DNA of 64,000 nt. Origin: Methanomassiliicoccales archaeon (GTDB lineage: Archaea > Thermoplasmatota > Thermoplasmata > Methanomassiliicoccales > UBA472). The stretch is from positions 70,202 through 134,201 of the forward strand of contig JAVBWG010000006.1 of assembly GCA_036677555.1 (NCBI GenBank). The letters run 5' to 3'. The position numbers were made by a program, and so were the translations under genes. The notes below the pieces were generated by a model. The model saw nothing but the letters and a program-made list of their open reading frames with translations. It searched no databases and had not been told where the DNA came from. Shown here piece after piece: positions 54,324 through 63,713 of the stretch (the first letter of the stretch is position 1; each line of letters begins with the position of its first letter).

Positions 54324-55529
54324 ATGGTTCTAGGCTACCGGGGATTCGACCGGAGGATGTGGGTCCTCTTCTGGTCCATGCTCATCGACGGCGTAGGCTA
54401 CAGCCTGATCAGCCCTTACATCCTGCTGTTCCTGAAGCAGGACCTGGGGGTCTCCATGGCCATGGGCGGCCTGGTGCTGACCATTGCCGGTGTTGTCGGC
54501 GCCGCCGGGAACATGGTAGGAGGGCTGATGGCCGATCGGTACGGCCGAAGAGGGGTCATGGTGGCCTCCATGCTCCTGCGCTGTCTCACGTTCATTCTTC
54601 TGGCCTTGATCGTCACCTACAGCCCCGACTTCATCTCCATAGCCGTGCTGCTGACCCTCAGCTACTTCTTCGGAGGAGTGTTCCAGCCGGCCAACAACGC
54701 CATGGTGGCGGATGTCACGGAGCCGTCCAAGCGCATGGAGGCGTACGGGCTTCTGCGAGTGGCCTGGAACCTTGGATTCGCGGTCGGACCGATCATCGGC
54801 GGGGCGCTCATACTCATCTCCTTCCCACTCACCTTCAGCATATCGGCGGTCATCTCCTTCTTCGCCGCGCTCTTGGTGGCGATGATGCTCACCGAATCTT
54901 ATGTGCCGGTGCCCAGGGAGAAGAAGGAGCCCGGGCTCAGGGGTCTGGGAAGCCTAAAGCCGATATTCCTCCTGTTCTGCCTGTTCACCTTACCGCTGTT
55001 CATCATGTCCGGGCAGTTCGGATCCACCTACACAGTCTACGCCAACGAACGGGTGGGCATCGACACCGCCACCATCGGACTGGTGTTCGGGTTGAACGGC
55101 ATCATGGTGGTCCTCATGCAGATGCCCATCAGCCGGTGGCTGACGGAACGCAACGCATACATGGGGATGCTGGCCGGATCGGTGGTGTACTCCATAGGAT
55201 ATCTGCTGGTGGCAGCGGTGACGGACGGCTATTGGTTGGCCTTGACCATGATAATCATCACCGTAGGGGAGATGATCGTGGTGCCGGTGTCCAACGCCCT
55301 GACGGTGCTGTTGGCGCCGGACGATTCCCGCGGCAAGTACCTGGGGGTGTTCGGCGTCGTCTCGTCGTTCGGCTGGTTCGGCTCCACCTTCATCGGCGGC
55401 ATTCTCTACGACACGTTCGACAACGGATGGATCATGTGGGGGATACTGGCGTCCTTGGGGGTACTCACCGCATTGGCGATGATACCGCTGTGGCTGAGCA
55501 CCAAGGATGCCGTTCCGGATAAGAATTGA
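54324..55529 (+). CDS. MFS transporter
   Basis: About 12 TM helices and the MFS loop motif GGLMADRYGRRGVM. The overlapping 402-aa ORF in another frame is Arg/Gly/His-rich junk. Confidence 0.85.
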   Translation: MVLGYRGFDRRMWVLFWSMLIDGVGYSLISPYILLFLKQDLGVSMAMGGLVLTIAGVVGAAGNMVGGLMADRYGRRGVMVASMLLRCLTFILLALIVTYSPDFISIAVLLTLSYFFGGVFQPANNAMVADVTEPSKRMEAYGLLRVAWNLGFAVGPIIGGALILISFPLTFSISAVISFFAALLVAMMLTESYVPVPREKKEPGLRGLGSLKPIFLLFCLFTLPLFIMSGQFGSTYTVYANERVGIDTATIGLVFGLNGIMVVLMQMPISRWLTERNAYMGMLAGSVVYSIGYLLVAAVTDGYWLALTMIIITVGEMIVVPVSNALTVLLAPDDSRGKYLGVFGVVSSFGWFGSTFIGGILYDTFDNGWIMWGILASLGVLTALAMIPLWLSTKDAVPDKN

Positions 55530-55595
55530 AACTGAGCATCTTATTGAGACCGGTTCGTTCTTTGAAATGGAAAGAAAAAGGTTTGATCGAGCAGC

Positions 55596-57113
55596 CTACT
55601 CCTTCCTTTTAAGGTAGATCATACTGACGACGATGGCGACAATGACCACGACGATCGCCACGTACAATATGATATAGCCATCATCCCCCGACGCCACTGT
55701 GAAATTGGCGGAGGTCTCGCCGAAATTTCCAAGGGCATCATATGCTCGGACATAGGCCGTATATTCGCCATCATCGAGGTCGCTGAACGTATGGACTATT
55801 CCGTCCGTCTTGTTGACCGTGATCCAGTTCACGCCATCGATGCTGACCTCGTAGTATGCTATCGCCATCACATTCATCTTGGGAAACCATGTCACATGAA
55901 CATCGTCCGAGAACACGTTCAACTGTTCGCTCGGTCTCATGATCTCTACAAGCAAGGATAAGGGGCGACCATCGACACTGTCGCCGCCATCGATGACGTA
56001 TGGAACATCGACTATGCCGTCCAAGTCGACGTCGGGGGCCCTCCAATCGCTCCAATAGTTAGTAGAAAAAAACCAATTGTTCGTACCGGCGTCATAAGCC
56101 TGTACGTGGGATGAATTGTATTCCGATGAGGCGCCGTGATTGTTCAGCAGATAATTAAAAGTGAATTCATTATCATCGCTCGAGTTGTCGAGGTAGATGC
56201 CGTACTCGGTCATGTTGCGGATGGTGTTCTCATATATCCTGTTCTGATCGGATGATGCCAGATAGAGGCCGTATCCATCGCCATCGATGATATCGTTCTT
56301 CTCGACCTTGGTGTCATAAGTGTTGTTGAGATAGATGGCGAAATCAAGGCATCCGCTGCAATCGTTCTTCATGATGGAGTTGTTGCCCGAGAAATACGAG
56401 TAGATGCTGTAATTCCCTCCGCTGAAATCATTGTTGCTAACGATGTTATGATCGCTGTACCATTCCAGGGAAATACCGCAAAAGTTCCCGCTGCAGTTGT
56501 TGTCGGATATGGTATTGTTATTGCTCGACGAATAAAGGTAGACGCCCATCACATTTCCGTTGCAGGAATTGTTCGTTACCGTGACATTGCATGAACCTAT
56601 CAGGGTAATGCCCCACCATACGTTGGAACATGTGTTGTTGTTTATCGTGATCAGGTTCGATTCAAGAACATCGATGCCGTCGCCAGATCCGGATCTGCAA
56701 TCGTGACAGTTGTTGTTTTCGATGACGATGTTCGTTGCATTGTATGCGGTGATGGCACCGCCGCTCATGTACTGAATATCATCATAAACGGTACCGGAAA
56801 CGTCGCAGTCCCTGATGACAAGGAAGGCAGTGGTATTGCCGATGAAGATCCCGTTGCTCTCGCCGGCAGCGTCGATCCGCAGGTTCTCGATGATGTACGG
56901 TTCGTCGGCAGTACCGCTTCCGTTCCAAAGATTCGTTGCGATCAGAGTTTCCAGTTCGGTGTCGCTGTTGATACGGATGGTCCCATGCATCGTGTATGAT
57001 GAGACGTTCAACTCACCGGCATCGGCCGCGACGATCATACTGGACGATATGAACACCGCGACCGTGATGACCGCCAATGCAATACCGAACATCCCTCTCA
57101 CAACGGTTTTCAT
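55596..57113 (-). CDS. Secreted right-handed parallel beta-helix repeat (NosD/PbH1-like) surface protein with C-terminal TM anchor
   Basis: Signal/anchor FGIALAVITVAVFISS. Repeated ~22-aa N/I/S/G-rich units (NNNCHDC..., INNNTCSN..., VTNNSCNGN..., ISDNNCSGN..., VSNNDFSG...). C-terminal Ig-like segment, then YVAIVVVIVAIVVSMIYLKRKE. Visibly lower GC than its neighbours. Confidence 0.8.
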   Translation of the reverse strand: MKTVVRGMFGIALAVITVAVFISSSMIVAADAGELNVSSYTMHGTIRINSDTELETLIATNLWNGSGTADEPYIIENLRIDAAGESNGIFIGNTTAFLVIRDCDVSGTVYDDIQYMSGGAITAYNATNIVIENNNCHDCRSGSGDGIDVLESNLITINNNTCSNVWWGITLIGSCNVTVTNNSCNGNVMGVYLYSSSNNNTISDNNCSGNFCGISLEWYSDHNIVSNNDFSGGNYSIYSYFSGNNSIMKNDCSGCLDFAIYLNNTYDTKVEKNDIIDGDGYGLYLASSDQNRIYENTIRNMTEYGIYLDNSSDDNEFTFNYLLNNHGASSEYNSSHVQAYDAGTNNWFFSTNYWSDWRAPDVDLDGIVDVPYVIDGGDSVDGRPLSLLVEIMRPSEQLNVFSDDVHVTWFPKMNVMAIAYYEVSIDGVNWITVNKTDGIVHTFSDLDDGEYTAYVRAYDALGNFGETSANFTVASGDDGYIILYVAIVVVIVAIVVSMIYLKRKE

Positions 57114-57394
57114 CACTGGACCTCCTGAAAGAACGATCAATTATTATAACGACTGATAATAACTAATTGTCGATTCGGTTCTCCTGCGTGAATAAAAATC
57201 CTGTATCAATCGAGCTCACATCGTGATCTTCAGAGTGCTTTTATTGACAAGAGAACCTTCTGGAGAAATCCGTATACGTCAAAATCTTCTAGCTTTTTTT
57301 ATGATGGCTATCAGAAAGATCGATCGGAATGTAACCGATGAAAAGTTGAAAGGGGACATTTTAGATTTCCGTATATATCCCCTGAAAAGGGAAG

Positions 57395-57480
57395 CGCCGA
57401 GGGGGAGATTCGAACTCCCGAGGTACAGGTACCACCGGTTTTCAAGACCGGCGCCGTTGTCCGGGCTTGGCTACCTCGGC
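57395..57480 (-). tRNA. tRNA-Ser (anticodon UGA), long variable arm, no encoded CCA
   Basis: Minus strand: GCCGAGG-UA-GCC AAGCCCGGACAAC GGC-G-CCGGU CUUGAAA ACCGG-UGGUACCUGUACCUCG-GGAGU UCGAAUC UCCCC-CUCGGC-G. Confidence 0.9.
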
Positions 57481-57484
57481 TTGT

Positions 57485-59140
57485 TTAAACGATTTTCTCT
57501 CCGCGGCCGGACATGAGGTCCTGCAGGTCCAGCTCGAAGGCTATGACCGGATGGCCCAGTTCGTAGGCGGTTATGACCTGAGGATGCAGCTCACCGAAAT
57601 GCCCGACGGTGCGACCGTTGACCTTGACCATGGCGCAGCGACCGGGGATGAACATGCCCATCTCCCCGGGGACGAGCGAGCACTGGACCCCCAGCTCCTT
57701 GAGCACGCCCTCCGCCAGCGACTTCATCTCGGTGAAACCGGCCTTGGAGTGGATGGACATCACCGCCAGATGCTTTCGGCGCTTGGTATCGATGACCACG
57801 TCGCCCACCTCGAAGACGCGCTGCGGAAGATCGCGGTGCCTGCTCCTGCGCAGCACCGTCAGCAATGACGGGATGAGCTGGACCCTCAGACAGTTATGGT
57901 CCTCGCTGACCGGGTTCAGGACCTCGACGGCCGGAACCTCTGGGAAGGGCACCTTGCAGAACTGCTCGTCCATAGAGGAAAGCGTCAGGGTGGTCACTTC
58001 CCAATGCCCGTAGCCGACCAGCATCTGGCGGACCAGGTCCGCCACGCGCTCCATCCGCCTCTCGCCACCGACGGTCCGGGAGATCGGCTTGGAATTTCCG
58101 AAGTTCTCGTAACCGTAGCCTATGGCCACGTCCTCCACCACGTCAGCCACGTGAATGAGGTCCATGCGCACCGGGGACGAGGATACCTTGACCTTGCGGC
58201 CCTTGGGCTCCGCGGAATAGCCCATGCGGGTCAGGCACTGGCACATGGCCAGAGGTTCAAGCTCGAGGCCGAGGGCGGCGTTAGTCCTGTCCACATCCAG
58301 CAGCCATTGCTTCGGCCGCAGGTTGGGGGTCATCCCCTTCTCCTCGCCACGGAGGGAGATCGTCTCGATCACTCCGCCCCTTTCGGCGATGGAGGTGCAC
58401 ACGATGTTCAGAACGCCGTTGATGGTGTTCTGGTCCGTCCCGGTGACATCGATGAACAGGTTCCTGGTATCAGTGGTGACGGTGGTCAGCCGGCCGTTGA
58501 TTATCGGCGGGAACGAAAGCACTTCGTTCCGGGCGTCGAGGATTATCGGGTACAGGTCCTTTCCGTCCAGGAGCTGCCGGTAGTCCCTGCCCTTCTCATG
58601 TTTTTCCAGCACCTCGGCCAGGGTCATCCGCTCCTCTTTGGCCAGGGGAACAAAGGATATTGATTCGGGGGGTACAGCCCGATAAACGAACGGAGGATGG
58701 ACCTTGTCGAGGTCGTGGACGCCGATGGCCACCTTGGCCCGCTTGCGCCCGACGGTCAGGTGAAGCTTCTCCTGCAGTTCCATCAGGGAACGGATGCTCT
58801 TGTCATCCAGGTTTACGCCCTTTATGACCGCCCCTACGACGTAAGGGCGGACGTTCTTCACCGACGGTTCCACCCTCATGACGATGTCCGAAGCGGAGAT
58901 GTCGTAGGTGCGCAGCCCCAGTTCGATATCGAAGAAGGCGCGCAGCGCCCTAGCCAGCCCTTCGACCGAATACAGGTCCGGCCGGTTGGGGAAGAACTCG
59001 ATGGATGCCTCCTTGGTGGAGGGGTCGAAATCGTGGAAGTCCGCCCCGATCATCGGTATGCGGTCCAGGAGCTCGTGGTCCTCCATCTTGGTACCCATCA
59101 GGGACTTCAAGTCCTCCAGGTTGAAGTTGATGACTGGCAT
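57485..59140 (-). CDS. pheT: Phenylalanine--tRNA ligase beta subunit (archaeal type)
   Basis: MPVINFNLEDL..., EFFPNRPDLYSVEGLARAL. 551 aa, typical of archaeal PheT. Confidence 0.92.
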   Translation of the reverse strand: MPVINFNLEDLKSLMGTKMEDHELLDRIPMIGADFHDFDPSTKEASIEFFPNRPDLYSVEGLARALRAFFDIELGLRTYDISASDIVMRVEPSVKNVRPYVVGAVIKGVNLDDKSIRSLMELQEKLHLTVGRKRAKVAIGVHDLDKVHPPFVYRAVPPESISFVPLAKEERMTLAEVLEKHEKGRDYRQLLDGKDLYPIILDARNEVLSFPPIINGRLTTVTTDTRNLFIDVTGTDQNTINGVLNIVCTSIAERGGVIETISLRGEEKGMTPNLRPKQWLLDVDRTNAALGLELEPLAMCQCLTRMGYSAEPKGRKVKVSSSPVRMDLIHVADVVEDVAIGYGYENFGNSKPISRTVGGERRMERVADLVRQMLVGYGHWEVTTLTLSSMDEQFCKVPFPEVPAVEVLNPVSEDHNCLRVQLIPSLLTVLRRSRHRDLPQRVFEVGDVVIDTKRRKHLAVMSIHSKAGFTEMKSLAEGVLKELGVQCSLVPGEMGMFIPGRCAMVKVNGRTVGHFGELHPQVITAYELGHPVIAFELDLQDLMSGRGEKIV

Positions 59141-59201
59141 TGCGTCCGCACCATGGGGTAGAAGGTATATGAGGGTTTTTAATTACGGCCGGGAGGGGAG
59201 T

Positions 59202-60362
59202 TCATCTTCCCAGAGCCTTATGCGCCTTGCCAAGCTCGCCTGCGGATTGGGCGGCCAGGGTCGACAGTTCCCCGGCTAGTACCAGTGCTCCGGCGATCTC
59301 CGCCAGTTTTTTCGCCTTCCCGGCTCCCAGGCAGTCCATCATCGAGAGCGCCTCGCTCTGGCATGGAAGACGGGTGCCTCCTCCGACCGTACCGACCTCG
59401 ATGCAGGGCAGCCGGACAGATAGGTACACGCCCTCCTCGCACGCCTCGCAGGTGGTGCTGGCCATGCTTCCCTCGACCACCTGGGCGGCGTCCTGGCCCG
59501 TGGCGATGTAGAGTGCCGCCAGCATATTGGCGGCATGGGCGTTGAAACCGTACGATAGCGACATGGAACTGCCGATCAGGTTCTTGCGATAGCAAGTTTC
59601 GACCATCGCCTCCGGGGTGGTGTGCAGCTTCTCCCTGACCAGATCCGCAGGTATCCTGACGTCGGCAAGGACCGTCTTCCCCCGGCCATCGATGAAATTG
59701 ATGGCGGCCGGCTTCTTGTCCACGCACATGTTGCCGGAGACAGATATGAGCTTGATTCCGACCTTCTCCTCGATGAGCCGGCAGGCTGCTTCCGTAGCTA
59801 TGGTGCACATGTTCATCCCCATGGCATCCCCCGTGTCGTAGGAGAATCGCAGGAACAGAGACCGGCCGGAGGCGAAAGCCCTCACCTTCACCAACTTGCC
59901 ATGCCTGGTGGTGGCCTCCGCTGCGGCCTTTATCTCCCCATAGTTCTCATTCACCCAATCGGCCGCTCGCCGGCTGTCCCTGACGCCTCTGGTCCGGAAC
60001 ACCGGAGCCCTGGTCATCTCGTCCTTGATGATGATGACCTCGGAACCGCCGCTGGCGCTTATGATGGAAGCGCCGCGGTTCACTGATGCGACCAGTGCCC
60101 CCTCGGTCGTGGCCAGCGGTACCAGGAACTCGCCGTCGGCGTGATCGCCCTTGACCTTAAGCGGCCCAACGAAGCCCAGAGGGACCTGTATGGTCCCGAT
60201 CATGTTCTCCACGTTCTTCTCCGCAACCATGGGGTCGTAGGAACAACGGCCAGCGTGCACCAATTTGGCCCCGGTGAACGATTCGACGGCCTCTCGGCGC
60301 TCTTCCATGTCCGCCCGGGTCTTTCCCTTGTTCCTGAGGCCGTCTTTGGAGCTCATCGGCAT
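59202..60362 (-). CDS. hmgA: Hydroxymethylglutaryl-CoA reductase (NADPH)
   Basis: VPLATTEGALVASVNRG, DAMGMNM and GTVGGGT motifs. Confidence 0.92.
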   Translation of the reverse strand: MPMSSKDGLRNKGKTRADMEERREAVESFTGAKLVHAGRCSYDPMVAEKNVENMIGTIQVPLGFVGPLKVKGDHADGEFLVPLATTEGALVASVNRGASIISASGGSEVIIIKDEMTRAPVFRTRGVRDSRRAADWVNENYGEIKAAAEATTRHGKLVKVRAFASGRSLFLRFSYDTGDAMGMNMCTIATEAACRLIEEKVGIKLISVSGNMCVDKKPAAINFIDGRGKTVLADVRIPADLVREKLHTTPEAMVETCYRKNLIGSSMSLSYGFNAHAANMLAALYIATGQDAAQVVEGSMASTTCEACEEGVYLSVRLPCIEVGTVGGGTRLPCQSEALSMMDCLGAGKAKKLAEIAGALVLAGELSTLAAQSAGELGKAHKALGR

Positions 60363-60594
60363 GGAATCATGGTCGACTTTAATAACCTTCTCGCCCTTGG
60401 CGGGAATGGATAAGGTCGGTTCAAGAATTCTTTTAATAAAACCGGGGATAATTAATTAAAGGCAATGCCTTAAAATTCTTTTTTCCGCTCAAATTGTTTT
60501 TCAATTCTACATATAGTTACGGGTTAAACTTTAATATCAGAAGCGTTCATGCGGACGATTCAAGGTGCGGTGCACCTAGAGGGCGTTACCAGAA

Positions 60595-61017
60595 ATGTAT
60601 ACCATGAGTCCTATGTCGGGCAAGCTTCTGAACGATGATGAAGCGATGGTTAAGTACGTGAAGGAGAACCAGTGGGGACTGGCTACCGCGATCGACCTGA
60701 GAAAATGCGACCCGGAGAAGATCCGGAGCAAAGAGGTCATCACCCAGTTCGCCATCGACCTTTGCGAGTATATCAATATGAACAGGTTCGGAGACCCCAT
60801 CGTGGTCCGCTTCGGTCCCATCCCCAAGGTGGAGGGATATTCCCTGTGTCAGCTGATCGAGACCTCCATGATCTCAGGTCACTTCGCAGAGGACACTGAC
60901 CGCGCGTTCCTCGACGTGTTCAGCTGCCGTGAGTACCCTCCCAAGAAGACCGCCGAGTTCTGCCAGAAGTACTTCGGCGCCAAGGAGATGGAGTACTCCG
61001 TATCCTTCAGGAACTAA
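60595..61017 (+). CDS. S-adenosylmethionine decarboxylase (SpeH/SpeD class 1) fold protein, divergent
   Basis: Colinear with archaeal SpeH: G.ATAIDLRKCD ... VRFGP..EGYSLCQLIETSMISGHFAE ... FLDVFSC. The processing motif reads E-T-S rather than E-S. The exact start is uncertain (60595/60604/60613). Confidence 0.6.
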   Translation: MYTMSPMSGKLLNDDEAMVKYVKENQWGLATAIDLRKCDPEKIRSKEVITQFAIDLCEYINMNRFGDPIVVRFGPIPKVEGYSLCQLIETSMISGHFAEDTDRAFLDVFSCREYPPKKTAEFCQKYFGAKEMEYSVSFRN

Positions 61018-61179
61018 AACGCCCGCCTGAAATACAGGACCCAAAGATCTTACGCCCCAGCTGCGGCCACCACCGCAGTCTGGTCATAACCCCTTCCCCA
61101 TCCTTCTCGCTGATCTTCCTTGCAGGAACAAGGTTTTTCCCTGCAGGAAGGGCTTTTCAATGCCAGGACAATGGAAAGG

Positions 61180-61187
61180 TTTAAAAT
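61180..61187 (+). promoter_or_regulatory. BRE/TATA promoter of tRNA-Ile
   Basis: GGAAAGG-TTTAAAAT is centred ~30 nt upstream of tRNA position 1. Confidence 0.5.
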
Positions 61188-61213
61188 TGAATGCCGCATT
61201 CGCCACTTTACTT

Positions 61214-61288
61214 GGGCCCATAGCTTAGCCTGGTTGGAGCGCCCGGCTGATAACCGGGAGGTCAGGTGTTCGAATCACCTTGGGCCCA
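61214..61288 (+). tRNA. tRNA-Ile (anticodon GAU)
   Basis: GGGCCCA-UA-GCUU AGCCUGGUUGG AGC-G-CCCGG CUGAUAA CCGGG-AGGUC-AGGUG UUCGAAU CACCU-UGGGCCC-A. CCA is not encoded (followed by TCC). Confidence 0.9.
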
Positions 61289-61438
61289 TCCATCTCCTCT
61301 TTTCTTAAATGACTTCTCTCCGCCGATGTGGGTTATTCCTTTGAAGATCTGATCTCAAGAGATGAGAATATTGATAGCGCCCTAAATGATCCTTCGAAGG
61401 GCGATTCCGTTCCGTCCTTTACCAAAAGCCAAACGACC

Positions 61439-62572
61439 TCAGCGCTTTTCTATTGGCACGAACGGCCTTCCGAACTCCCCGACGTAATTCGAGAGCGGCC
61501 GAAGCAGCACTGCGTCCTCGTACTGCTCGATTATGTGCGCCACCCAGCCGACGACCCGGCTGGCGGCAAAGAAGGGCGTGTAATAGTCCTTGGGTATGCC
61601 CAGTGCGTCCATCGCCACCGCGGCATAGAAGTCCACGTTGGGATAGATGTTCTTCCTCTGATGGACGATGCTCTCGATTGTGGTGCACTTGTTGTAGAGG
61701 TCCATGGTCCTCTTCTGATTGCACAGGTTCTGAACGATGTGCCTGAGATGCTTGGTGCGGGGGTCCTCGGCGCGATAGACGCGGTGGCCGAAGCCCATGA
61801 TCTTCTTACCGTCGCCCAATAGCCCGTATATGTACTCCTCGACCTCCGCCTCCAGGCCTATGTCGTCCAGCATCTCCATGACCTTCTGGCTGGCTCCTCC
61901 GTGGATCGGGCCTCTCAGTGTGCCGATGGCGGTGGTGACCGCCGAATACATGTCGGCGTTGGTGCTGGCCGTGACTCGGGCGGCGAACGTCGATGCGTTG
62001 AAGCCATGATCAGCGTGAAGTATCATTATGCGGTGCATGACATCCGCCTCCGCCTTGTCGGGGACCCTGCCGTTGAACAGGTACAGGAAGTTCTCCGCGA
62101 AGGTGAGGTCGGGTAGGGGCTCGGGAACATCATGGCCCTGACGGGTGCGGTGGATGGTGGCCACGATGGTCGGCACCTGGGCTATGAGCTTGACCGCTTT
62201 CCGAAGGTTCTCCTTAGGGGATATGTCCAGCAGATCCGTGTCGAACTCTCCCAGATTCGAGACCTCGGTGCGCAGGATGTCCATGGGGTGAGCTTGTTTC
62301 GGTGACGTCCTTATGGATTCAACCACCTCCTCAGGCAGCCGCATGTTCGATATCAGCTCGGAGTTGAAGGCGTCCAGTTCGACCTTGTTAGGGAACCTCT
62401 TGTGAACGAGGAGATACGCCACCTCGGAATAGACGACCTGGCCGATGAGGTCGTCGATATCATAACCCAAATAGTAGAGGGAGCCGGAGGGATCGATGTA
62501 ACTAATGCGGGTCTCCGCAGCGGCCACGTCCTTCAATCCCCTAACCACGTCCTTGGAGCTGTTCCCGGTCAT
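61439..62572 (-). CDS. gltA: Citrate synthase
   Basis: GFGHRVYRAEDPRTKHL, HADHGFNASTF and GPIHGGA motifs. 377 aa. Confidence 0.92.
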   Translation of the reverse strand: MTGNSSKDVVRGLKDVAAAETRISYIDPSGSLYYLGYDIDDLIGQVVYSEVAYLLVHKRFPNKVELDAFNSELISNMRLPEEVVESIRTSPKQAHPMDILRTEVSNLGEFDTDLLDISPKENLRKAVKLIAQVPTIVATIHRTRQGHDVPEPLPDLTFAENFLYLFNGRVPDKAEADVMHRIMILHADHGFNASTFAARVTASTNADMYSAVTTAIGTLRGPIHGGASQKVMEMLDDIGLEAEVEEYIYGLLGDGKKIMGFGHRVYRAEDPRTKHLRHIVQNLCNQKRTMDLYNKCTTIESIVHQRKNIYPNVDFYAAVAMDALGIPKDYYTPFFAASRVVGWVAHIIEQYEDAVLLRPLSNYVGEFGRPFVPIEKR

Positions 62573-62680
62573 GATGCATCATCCTTTCGGGTCCACGCGG
62601 CGGGGCGACATCCCGCGCGGGACCTTTCAATGGATTTGGTTAACTGGGCATCACTTAAAACCTTTTTTATCAGCCCAGGT

Positions 62681-63133
62681 TCAAAGTATCGGCCAGTACA
62701 TTCGGGTCATGAGCTTTTCAGGCGGAACCTCATCCGGGCTGTTGAGGTACTCCTCCCACATGTACGAAGCGGGGGTGTGCCCGTTGGCCTTCATCCATTC
62801 CAGCATGAGGTTGTAAGTGTCCATCAGGCGGTCGTAGGGGCCGATGTGCATGGCCATGGCAGCGCGAACCGCCGGCAGCTTGACGGTCTTCACATTTCCA
62901 GCCTCGATACCTTTTCCGGCTATCGGAAAACCGACCTCCATGTCAATGAGTTCGCCCTCCCAGCTGAAATAGAGCGCGAACGGCGGGCCGGCGCATTGGA
63001 CATCCTTTCCCAGGTGCGGGAAAAGTTCTCCGAACATCCGGCCCATGGCTGCAGGTATCTCGGTCGCCTTCACATTGTCCCGGATAGCTATGGCCGGGGT
63101 CTCCTTGGTGTTCACGATCTCAAAGTCGGTCAT
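62681..63133 (-). CDS. GyrI-like small-molecule-binding domain protein
   Basis: 150 aa with the pattern ...IPAAMGRMFGELFPHL... GPYDRLMDTYNLMLEWMKANG ... EEYLNSPDEVPPEKLMT, typical of the GyrI/AraC effector-binding fold. Confidence 0.55.
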   Translation of the reverse strand: MTDFEIVNTKETPAIAIRDNVKATEIPAAMGRMFGELFPHLGKDVQCAGPPFALYFSWEGELIDMEVGFPIAGKGIEAGNVKTVKLPAVRAAMAMHIGPYDRLMDTYNLMLEWMKANGHTPASYMWEEYLNSPDEVPPEKLMTRMYWPIL

Positions 63134-63204
63134 TATGATCGTGGAAAAACAAGAAAGGGGGGGAAATAAAGGATTTGGTGAGGGGTGATTGAAAGTGTCC
63201 CCGC

Positions 63205-63588
63205 CTACATCGCTTCGTACGGAAGCGCCTGGTGATCGATGTCCCTTTCCTTTTTCTCGGCGGTCTCGATGGCCTCATCAGCCATGGATCGCTTCAGCAC
63301 GCACACGGTGCGTTGCAGGGCGATGATGTCGTCCAGCATCGATTGCGCGATCCAGACGGCGGAGAGAAGCTCTTCGAACTTCTTGCGTTGCGCCATGGCC
63401 TCGATCTCGTGCAGGACCGCCGGATTGTACAGGGTGTTGCGGTTCACCCTCCCCAGCGATGACACTTCATCTATCTGCCTCTCGTATGCGTTGAGCTGGT
63501 TGGAGTACATCTCCTGCAGGACCTTGAGGGCCACGATCTTGTTCTCCGTACCATCCACGACCGCGGTTTCGACCTTCTCTTCTTCCAT
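63205..63588 (-). CDS. Hypothetical helical protein
   Basis: Coding-like composition. Start moved to ATG 63588 (MEEEKVETAVV...). No family recognised. Confidence 0.4.
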   Translation of the reverse strand: MEEEKVETAVVDGTENKIVALKVLQEMYSNQLNAYERQIDEVSSLGRVNRNTLYNPAVLHEIEAMAQRKKFEELLSAVWIAQSMLDDIIALQRTVCVLKRSMADEAIETAEKKERDIDHQALPYEAM

Positions 63589-63713
63589 GTTCTCACCTGT
63601 GCGCGCCAACCGTACGTTAGGCGGCCAGGCCAACTGCGTTCAACATCATATGTTTTTCCGACGGAGCGCCGGATAGGGTATTAATTCCCCTTAGTCATTC
63701 ACGATGCGATATC

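Noticed and set aside
54314-55522. 402-aa plus-strand ORF in an alternative frame to the MFS gene
   Set aside because: The Arg/Gly/His-rich product has no TM pattern. The other frame gives a canonical 12-TM MFS protein.
55530-57394. Integrative element inserted at tRNA-Ser
   Set aside because: I looked for a direct repeat of the tRNA-Ser 3' half at the far end of the low-GC segment (55530-55600) and for an integrase. Neither was found, so only compositional oddity remains.
61100-61150. Direct repeat (T/C)TGCAGGAA x2 upstream of tRNA-Ile
   Set aside because: Only 8-9 nt in two copies, which could easily be chance. No associated feature.
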